Positions 10,430 to 18,800 of a DNA stretch of 64,000 bases are shown in pieces; position 1 is the first letter of the stretch, and every line of letters begins with the position of its first letter. The stretch spans positions 58,588 through 122,587 of IMG/VR virus record IMGVR_UViG_3300010885_004110. One strand, 5' to 3'. Made by a program: the position numbers and the translations under genes. Origin of the DNA: a virus. Under the pieces are notes generated by a model. That model worked only from the letters and a program-made list of their open reading frames with translations. It was not told where the DNA came from and ran no database searches.

Positions 10430-10945
10430 ATGGCAAATAAAGTAAATAACCGATATTTCGGTCAAACAGGCTCAGCAGCAACACCTACAATCCCAATCAG
10501 AGTCTACAACGGTTCTGCAAAAGAAGGTTATATTGTAGATCAAAAAGGCGCACGTAGATTTAAATGCGCAGACGATACAACAGTTAACGACGAAGATATG
10601 GTCGTTGGAGCACAGTATGTTATTGTATCAGCAGGTAATACTGATTGGGCAGCATGCGGAGCAGTAGATAACAAAGTTGGTAGAATATTCACAGCTACCG
10701 CAGCAGGCAGCGGAACTGGTACTGCATATCGGGTCATCACAGCTAAACTAGTACAAGGTACTAACAGCGATCCAACAGTGGCTAATACAGCTACCCTAGT
10801 TGGTATTAGTAGAAATGGAACCGGTGATCCTGTAGTTTTAAGAAAATTAAATTATAGAACAGCGTCTGACTTTAACGGCAATCGTTACAAGTGGACACTA
10901 AGCGACGACTCTACACAAACTTTGATTCTTTTAACAGCAATCTAA
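10430..10945 (+). CDS. Hypothetical virion structural protein (possibly head decoration)
   Basis: Thr/Gly/Ala-rich beta-type protein, strong AGGAG SD, late promoter at 10353. Confidence 0.6.
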   Translation: MANKVNNRYFGQTGSAATPTIPIRVYNGSAKEGYIVDQKGARRFKCADDTTVNDEDMVVGAQYVIVSAGNTDWAACGAVDNKVGRIFTATAAGSGTGTAYRVITAKLVQGTNSDPTVANTATLVGISRNGTGDPVVLRKLNYRTASDFNGNRYKWTLSDDSTQTLILLTAI

Positions 10946-10959
10946 TCTAGGATTTTAGC

Positions 10960-11973
10960 ATGGGACAGTTTTTTCAAGTAAATGGTGATTACAACATCAA
11001 GACTAGTGAAGGGTCGACAATTACCCTTGACACGGGTCCAGGTGTTGGTAATACCAGAGTCACTGGAAATTTAGTAGTCGAAGGTGATACTTTATATGTC
11101 TCAGTTGAAAATTTAAATGTAGACGATAACATAATTACAGTTAACTATGGTGAAAGCCCAACACATGCTGGGGTAACTTTACGTTACTCTGGCATTGAAG
11201 TTGAGAGAGGTTCGTTAACTAATGTATCGCTATTGTGGGACGAGAATGATGCTAGTTGGAATTTTAAAGAAGGTGACGGCTATGCTTCAAGTCGATTACG
11301 AATAACAGAAATTTTAACAAGTTCCGATACTCCAAATCCAATAACAAGTCGAGAAGGTGATCTAACCCTCATCGGCACCGGTTCTGGAGTTGTGTCAGTT
11401 AAAGGTACTACAGCCTATGAATTGCAAGTAACAGACGATGACGATATTCCAAATAAAGCCTATGTTGATAATGCTATTCAAACAAATCCTACGTTTCAAA
11501 TTTTAAGAAGCAACACTAGAACTGTTGCTTTTGATATTGACAATCCAGTTGATCCTGGATTATTCCCAGTCGGTCCGTACTTTGTACAACCACCTGAAAG
11601 TTTAGTAGCTATAGTTGTTAATGATTCAATCATAAGTCAATTTTATAACAATAGAGTGCAGATCGGGCAATTTATTTTCCAAGGAGAGGACCCTACTCCT
11701 GTAAATCCTTTAATCCCAGATGCAGCAGTAATTCAAACATTAAATACTAATGCTAACATTAAGTTAGAAACTAACGGTACTGGAAAAGTAGAAATTACTT
11801 ATGCCCTCCAACTTAACAATAATGGATCAACTCCAGCCAGTGTTGCTGGTAGTAGCTTAGTCTATGGGGGCACTGTAGGAGTAGGCACAACTGGATTGTA
11901 TGTTGCAAATACTTCAAAAACAGACGAACTAATAAGTAAAAACAAGGCTCTTGTTTTTAGCATGATATTTTAA
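10960..11973 (+). CDS. Fibre/baseplate-associated structural protein
   Basis: Beta-strand repeats (GNLVVEG, DNIITVN, DDDIPNKAYVD); C-terminal KALVFSMIF. Confidence 0.65.
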   Translation: MGQFFQVNGDYNIKTSEGSTITLDTGPGVGNTRVTGNLVVEGDTLYVSVENLNVDDNIITVNYGESPTHAGVTLRYSGIEVERGSLTNVSLLWDENDASWNFKEGDGYASSRLRITEILTSSDTPNPITSREGDLTLIGTGSGVVSVKGTTAYELQVTDDDDIPNKAYVDNAIQTNPTFQILRSNTRTVAFDIDNPVDPGLFPVGPYFVQPPESLVAIVVNDSIISQFYNNRVQIGQFIFQGEDPTPVNPLIPDAAVIQTLNTNANIKLETNGTGKVEITYALQLNNNGSTPASVAGSSLVYGGTVGVGTTGLYVANTSKTDELISKNKALVFSMIF

Positions 11974-11983
11974 GAGATAAACG

Positions 11984-12367
11984 ATGATATACAGCACACG
12001 ACTAACAACTTCAGGAGACACGTTAGTGTTCACTAGCACTAGTACAGGAGCACCAGTTGGCGCTGGCGTTACTGCACAAGACAATGCAATTACAAATATT
12101 ATTGTATGTAATACTGGAACCCCTGACCTAACAGATGAAACTGTTAATAGTTGCACACTAACATTAAATTTAGTAGCAGCCGGCGCAGTAAGCTCAGCTA
12201 CAAATACCATTGTTAAAAATTTAATTGTACCAGCTGGCGAAACTGTATTTTTTAGCGACGAACGAATCGTACTAAAAGGTGCATCTGGATATGGAACTGA
12301 TTCTATACGTGCCACTGCCAGCACTAGCAATCTTTTAAGTATTACTGTGAGTGCATTGCAGGTATGA
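11984..12367 (+). CDS. Small beta-sandwich virion adaptor protein (paralog of 15166 and 29700)
   Basis: AITNIIVCN..L.VPAGET..E(R/K)IVL pattern shared with the paralogs. Confidence 0.6.
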   Translation: MIYSTRLTTSGDTLVFTSTSTGAPVGAGVTAQDNAITNIIVCNTGTPDLTDETVNSCTLTLNLVAAGAVSSATNTIVKNLIVPAGETVFFSDERIVLKGASGYGTDSIRATASTSNLLSITVSALQV

Positions 12368-12867
12368 GATTCCTAAAACAGAAAACTCTCAGCAAGTATA
12401 GTCCCAGTGACAATGCTCTGTTTACCAATCATTATGGCCGTGCTGTAATGGATCTTACTGGAGGTCTTCGACTTCCTAAAGGCACAACAGCAGAACGTCC
12501 ACAGGCTGCAGGTGTACGAAATCCAAACGGTGCTAACGGATTTATTAGATATAACACCACTACAAAATCTATAGAAGCATTGATAGATGGAGTGTGGGAA
12601 GTAGTAAGAGCACCTGGCGCAACAGCCATTACAAAAGAAACATGGGGTCCAGGAAACGATGTAGAAACAACGTTCGGACCTTTGATAAAAATTCCTAGTT
12701 CCGAAAATAACATAATTGTATTAGTTGAAAACGTGATGCAAATTTCTGATACCAACTTTAATTTAGTTTATGATTATCTAGGTACACCTGGTGATACTAG
12801 GATTGTATTCACTAGTGCTGTTCCTACAGATAAAAATGTAACTATATTTTACGGTTATGCTGATTAA
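12364..12867 (+). CDS. Fibre-associated structural protein
   Basis: LPKGTTAERP..GFIRYNTTTKSIE motif typical of T4-like fibre proteins; ATGA overlap with the upstream gene. Confidence 0.6.
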   Translation: MRFLKQKTLSKYSPSDNALFTNHYGRAVMDLTGGLRLPKGTTAERPQAAGVRNPNGANGFIRYNTTTKSIEALIDGVWEVVRAPGATAITKETWGPGNDVETTFGPLIKIPSSENNIIVLVENVMQISDTNFNLVYDYLGTPGDTRIVFTSAVPTDKNVTIFYGYAD

Positions 12868-12869
12868 TT

Positions 12870-13946
12870 ATGAGTCAACTAGGAAGAATCTCAGGACCGT
12901 TATTAACTAATAACTTAGTTAGAAATGGATCACCACTAACATTTCGCAACGGACCTTTAGATGCTGATCTGTTATTCATCGGAGTAACTAACGATAGAAT
13001 TGGTGTTAATACTACCGGTCCTGCGTATTCGTTACACGTTAACGGTGATACTAGTATAAACGGTGGTGTAATTATCAACGGTATTTCTGCCAAGGTAGGA
13101 AATGTAATTTTTAATACTAACGGCACAGTATCTAGTCAAGTTGGCCCGATTATTATTGAGCCAACTGGCGCCGATGCATATATTCAATACGGAAAAGTTT
13201 TAAATACCGCATTAGAAATTAAAGACAATTACATTAAATCAACTACTTTAAATACTGACATTGTACTAGATGCAAATGCCGCAGGCAAAGTGTCATTTTT
13301 ATCAGATACTACTGTAACAAACGGTCTACAAGTTAATGGTAACATAGGAGTGGATGGAGATGTTAGACTTGATGGAATGTTTTATGTTGGAGACAATCCA
13401 TTAGATACTGTAGTTATTGCACCGGATTTTACGCAGTCAATTATTCCAGGCCAGAATAACACTTACAATTTAGGTAAGACTGATAAAAAATGGGCAGAAG
13501 TAAATGTCCAAGCAATCGGTTCTTCGACAAATTTGTTAACAACTACCTTGCTAGTTAGCTATCAAACTTCGTATTCTGGTAATACAATTACAACGGTACA
13601 GAGTAACGAAGAGTTATCAATAACATCTAATAGTGGATCAGTTCAAATAGAAAGATTAACTATTAATCAAAGTACTATTGAGAATCTCAATAACACTCCG
13701 TTAACAATAACACATAACGGAAACGGACATTTAAAAATAAATGATTCTAATGGAATGGTTATTCCAGTGGGCAATACTAGTCAACGAGTTGGATCTGAAA
13801 TTGGAGAAACTCGATGGAACAACCAAATTGGATATATGGAATGTTTCGACGGAACTGTGTGGCAAGTGGCCACCGGCGGTGGTATTGTTGTTACGGCAGC
13901 AGTCATGGAAGAACTTGGCAACGTTTATGCCCTCATGTTCGGCTAA
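12870..13946 (+). CDS. Tail fibre-like protein (paralog of 14104)
   Basis: N-terminal GRISGPLL.NNL.R, RIGVNT..P.YSLHVNG, C-terminal PVGNTSQR..GETRWN. Confidence 0.65.
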   Translation: MSQLGRISGPLLTNNLVRNGSPLTFRNGPLDADLLFIGVTNDRIGVNTTGPAYSLHVNGDTSINGGVIINGISAKVGNVIFNTNGTVSSQVGPIIIEPTGADAYIQYGKVLNTALEIKDNYIKSTTLNTDIVLDANAAGKVSFLSDTTVTNGLQVNGNIGVDGDVRLDGMFYVGDNPLDTVVIAPDFTQSIIPGQNNTYNLGKTDKKWAEVNVQAIGSSTNLLTTTLLVSYQTSYSGNTITTVQSNEELSITSNSGSVQIERLTINQSTIENLNNTPLTITHNGNGHLKINDSNGMVIPVGNTSQRVGSEIGETRWNNQIGYMECFDGTVWQVATGGGIVVTAAVMEELGNVYALMFG

Positions 13947-13971
13947 ATCTCCAAAAAGACTAAATACTAAT

Positions 13972-14103
13972 GATTACAGAAGATGACCAATTTTCTGTAT
14001 GGTTAAACTGTGGTAAACCCGCAAAGAGCCTAAATAAAACTTAGGATGCGCACATAGGTGCAAAGGTGGTTAACCGTGAAACACGGGGTATTTAGGAGAG
14101 CAA
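13972..14103 (+). ncRNA. Candidate cis-regulatory structured 5' leader RNA
   Basis: Five hairpins plus alternative long-range pairings between TAAATA (13961) and the AGGAG SD of the gene at 14104. Confidence 0.5.
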
Positions 14104-15156
14104 ATGGCTATTGGTCGCATTTCAGGTCCGCTCTTAAAGAATAATCTTATCAGAGATGGTATAGATTTAGCCTTTGAGACCGACCTTCTTTATTTGGACG
14201 TCAACAACTCCAGAATTGGCATCAACACGGCCGCTCCCCAATACGCACTAGATGTAGTAGGCACTACACGTTCGTCAAATTTAGATATTTCCGTAGACTT
14301 AACAGTTGGTAATTTTTTACTTTCTGGAAATACAATCTCTAGTAATTTACCAACTATCAATTTTATAGCATCAGGCGGCGAAGCTACAGCTTATCATTCA
14401 CGTTTAATAGTCAACGACATAGAATTAAACGGTAACGTAATTTCAACAACCTCTTCTAATGCAGATTTAGAATTAAATCCCAACGGCACTGGAAAGGTAA
14501 ACATTCAGGCTCCTGCAGAAATTAATGGCACATTAAATGTTACCGGCAATATTAATGCTACTGGAAATATCACAATAGGTGGTAATTTAACTATTGGAGA
14601 TTCGCTATCTGATACTATCACTATTAATGCTAGTATTCGCAGCGATTTGATTCCAGAAACTACTAATGTTTGGGATTTAGGATCATCTGCATATAAATGG
14701 GGAACTGTGTATGCATCAACAGTAAATGCAGATACATTAAATATTGCAGATTTTAATGTTGGTAATTTACATCTGTACGATAACACAATTACAACAACCA
14801 CCGGTAATTTAATTTTAGATGCTAACGGAACAGGGCACGTTCGCATTGGTAATTTAACATTTAAAGATAATCAGATAACCAATGTAGTTACTGATTCGGT
14901 TACTGAAATAACACAAAGCGGTACTGGATATTTTAAAATTACTGGTACAAATGGATTTATTCCTCCTAAAGGTAACACATCACAAAGACCGTTGTTTATA
15001 AACGCAGTCGAAGGTATGACTCGATATAATACAGACTCCAAAGCATTAGAGATTTGGGACGGTACAGTATGGGCAAGTCCGGCAGGTACAATCGGTGCAG
15101 TATCAGAAGCAACAGCTAACGAAATTGCTATTAAATATGCTTTGACACTAGGATAA
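14104..15156 (+). CDS. Tail fibre-like protein
   Basis: MAIGRISGPLLKNNLIRDG, RIGINTAAPQYALDVVG, PKGNTSQRP..GMTRYNT. Confidence 0.65.
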   Translation: MAIGRISGPLLKNNLIRDGIDLAFETDLLYLDVNNSRIGINTAAPQYALDVVGTTRSSNLDISVDLTVGNFLLSGNTISSNLPTINFIASGGEATAYHSRLIVNDIELNGNVISTTSSNADLELNPNGTGKVNIQAPAEINGTLNVTGNINATGNITIGGNLTIGDSLSDTITINASIRSDLIPETTNVWDLGSSAYKWGTVYASTVNADTLNIADFNVGNLHLYDNTITTTTGNLILDANGTGHVRIGNLTFKDNQITNVVTDSVTEITQSGTGYFKITGTNGFIPPKGNTSQRPLFINAVEGMTRYNTDSKALEIWDGTVWASPAGTIGAVSEATANEIAIKYALTLG

Positions 15157-15165
15157 AAGAAGAAC

Positions 15166-15498
15166 ATGCCAACAACATTTAAAAACACAGTTAACACAAA
15201 TATAGGTACAACACCTATTGATGTTATACAAATGCCTGTGGGATTTAGAGCAACTATTATCGGTTGCAATCTTGCTAACACAACAGATTACGATACAATT
15301 AATGTTGACGTATATGTAATTGGTGAAGATAGCATTGCAGGGTATTATGTTAAGGGACTAACAATACCTCCTAACTCGGCAGTAAAAATTATTACCAACG
15401 GTGAAAAATTAATTTTACCAGAATATGCAGGATTACGAATTGTCAGCGATACCGCAGCTAGCGTTGATGCTGTTATTAGTTACGTAGAAATATCTTAA
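15166..15498 (+). CDS. Small beta-sandwich virion adaptor protein
   Basis: ATIIGCNLAN..IPPNS..GEKLIL; paralog of 11984 and 29700. Confidence 0.6.
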   Translation: MPTTFKNTVNTNIGTTPIDVIQMPVGFRATIIGCNLANTTDYDTINVDVYVIGEDSIAGYYVKGLTIPPNSAVKIITNGEKLILPEYAGLRIVSDTAASVDAVISYVEIS

Positions 15499-15508
15499 GG
15501 AATACATT

Positions 15509-15874
15509 ATGAATAGCAATTACTATTTAGGCAATGACCCGCAATCACTATTAGGAGATACTCCTAGATTTTTCTACGGATTACGAAGAGGTCAAGACGG
15601 TTCTTTATACTTGATGAGAAGTGATCAAATTCGCGGAGACGATGCAATTCAACTTAACGATCCAGGCGAAGAAGCCGGAAATTACACTGAGTTCGAAGTA
15701 GGAATAGACTTCTTCGAAGGACGAGATGTTTATCATAATAAAGTTTTTGAAAATTTAAGATACGAACAATACCGCTGGGATGATCGTGCAATGTTTTATT
15801 ATATTGATGATGACGGACAATTAGTTGTAAGAATTAATAACGGCTATCCATACGAAGAATTAACAGCACCTTAA
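15509..15874 (+). CDS. Hypothetical protein in the fibre cluster
   Basis: 121-aa ORF with AAGGA SD, collinear with its neighbours. Confidence 0.7.
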   Translation: MNSNYYLGNDPQSLLGDTPRFFYGLRRGQDGSLYLMRSDQIRGDDAIQLNDPGEEAGNYTEFEVGIDFFEGRDVYHNKVFENLRYEQYRWDDRAMFYYIDDDGQLVVRINNGYPYEELTAP

Positions 15875-15891
15875 TATTGGAATTATAAAAA

Positions 15892-18800
15892 ATGGCAGAT
15901 TTTAAATTAGGTAGGATTAGATATAAATGGCAGGGAGCATGGACTTCTGCTAGAGATTATATCCCTGATGATATTATTGAATATCATGGAAAATCATACG
16001 TATGCTTGGTACAACATACTTCAGCGACAGATTTTTATACAGACATTAACTTTTTAAATAATGATGTTCCACCAGCAGCTGAGCCTAAGTGGCTTTTAAT
16101 GATGGACGGATATGTATGGGAAGGCAACTGGGAAACTAACACATACTATGTTAAAGGTAACATAGTTAAGTATGCAGCTAATGTATACCAGTGTATTGAA
16201 CCACATACTTCAGCATTAACAGAACAAGGATTTGTAGCAGATATTGTATCCTATTGGATACTGTATAGTCCGAGTAACATCTGGAAAACAGAGTGGGCTC
16301 CAGCAACGTATTATAAACTAAATGATATTGTAAAGTATTTTGGTATAATTTATAGATGTAAAGTCGCACACACATCGGCCGCTGACTTTGATTTAGGTAT
16401 CGATTCTGCGTTATTATTAAACAAGTGGGAAATAGTAAGTTTAGCGCAGCAATGGCGCGGAGATTGGACTGTAACTACAAGATATCGAATTAATGACATT
16501 ATTAAATATAACGGAATTGTGTATCGATGTCTAGCAGGACATACTTCTTCTAATGCAGTTTCTGGATTAGAAGTTGACAGCAATAAATGGGAGTTTGTTC
16601 GTGTAGGCATAGAATTCAAAGGAACATGGTCTCCGCAGGTATTATCCCCAGCATCTCCTGGAACTCGATATCGAGAAAACGATGTAGTTAAGTACGGAGC
16701 CGATCTATGGATTTGTGCAACTGCTCATACTTCGTCTACAAGTTTTAATACCGCACAATGGGAACTATATACTTCTGGATTTGAATACGAATATACCTGG
16801 AGTCCTACAACAGCGTATCAACCAGGCGATGTAGTTCAATACGGTGGATATTTGTTTGTTGCTAATTTACACAACACTAATGTAACTCCTTCACAAAATC
16901 TACTAACATGGTCTTACTTATATTTAGGTACTAGAATTAGAGGTGAGTGGTCAATTTCAACCCCTTACTTTGTTGGAGATCTAGTACGTCGACAAGGACA
17001 ACTTTATGTTGCTATTGCAGATGGAGTTGGCCAAGATACTGATCTATTAGGTGACGGTAGTACCATTAATTCTAATTATTGGGATTTAGTAATTCCTGGC
17101 GAAAAATGGCAAGGTGTTTGGCAACCAACAACTCAATATGTTATTGGCGATGTTGTAAACTGGATTGCGCACACGTATCGATGTGTAGCAATTCATACTT
17201 CGGCAACATTGACTCGACCAGATAACGATACTGGAAATACATATTGGGTATTATATACCTATGGTACTAATAGCAATAGATTAAAAAATCCAGGCGATTT
17301 AAAAACCTATGGATATGATGCTGAAACATCAACTATTAGAACTAAAGCATTAGCAGTTGGTACAGGCGGCAAATTACTTAAATCTCTAAACGGAGAAGTA
17401 TCATGGAACCCATTTTGGGAATCTGACAAAGTTTACTATGTTGGATCCGACGGAGTTGATGATGCAACACACGGTACTACTTTAAACTCACCGTGGAAAA
17501 CTATTAGATATGCCTGCGAAAACATAACAGGAACAGCTACGGTATTTGTTAAACATGGTACTTACAATGAAGTGTTGCCAATTAGAGTGCCGGCATTTGT
17601 TTCAATTGTTGGAGACGAATTACGCGGTACTGTTGTACAACCTGCTACTACTTTAATTCCAGCAGCTGATGCAGCAAAAACTGTATCAGCGTTAACCTAT
17701 ATTACAGTTAGTATCATCGGTAATGTTATTAGTCATATTCCAGTTCTTGTTCTATATTCTAATGTTCAACAAGTTATATCTGGCAATGCAGGTAGCAATT
17801 CAGCAAAATTATTAGCAATGGATTTATTTGATAGTATTGCTGCAATTATTGAAACTCCGGAAACCGTACCGACCATTGTTGGTACTAATTCAGCTACACT
17901 TGACGCGGGAACTTTAGATACATTAATTAATATTGAAAATAATAGAGAATTTATTATTCAAGAAACTATTGCCTATATGCTTGCGTCTTATCCGTTATAT
18001 AGTTTTAATACAGAGACATGCGCAAGAGATTTAAATCGATTCATTGATGCTGTTAAGTACGATTTGTTGTATCCAGGAAATTGGAAGTCAGTAGAAGCTG
18101 CAAATTATTATGCAAATGCTGCTGATGGTGCAAGAAATGCTCTTCAAAATATGTTCTTACTAAGAGACGGCACTGGTTTAAGAAATATGACATTAAAAGG
18201 TCTCAGCGGAGAATTCACAGAACCGGATCTTACTTTAATCAAACGTGTAACCGCAGGAGCATTTGCATCTCTTGATCCAGGATGGGGGCCAAACGACTCT
18301 ACTGCATGGGTAGGTACAAAGTCTCCATACATTCAAAACGTCACAACATTTGGTACAAAGTGTGTCGGATTAAAAGTTGACGGTGCATTGCACAATGGCG
18401 GCAATCAAACTGTTGTGTGTAATGACTTTACACAAATTTTAAGTGATGGCATTGGATTTTGGGCTAACAATAATGGCAAATCAGAACTAGTTTCTGTGTT
18501 TACATATTATAATTATATTGGATATTTGGCTGAAAATGGCTCCAGAGTACGTTCAACTAACGGTAATAATTCTTATGGCACATTTGGTTGTATAGCAAAG
18601 GGATCATCGTTAACTGAAACTCCGATGACTGCATATGTTGAAAATCAGTATTACCAAGCACAGATATCACAAGTTTTATTGAATAACGGCAGTGTTATGA
18701 AACTGTTCTTTTCAAACGCAGGAGTTAATTATTCCAGTGTAAACTATACAGTAACTGGATCTGGTGTTGGAGCAGTATTAACAGGCGACGAATTTAGAGA

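Noticed and set aside
13972-14103. Firm call as a canonical c-di-GMP-I riboswitch or a tRNA
   Set aside because: The element order does not match the GEMM consensus and there is no T-loop or acceptor stem. It is kept only as an unclassified structured leader.
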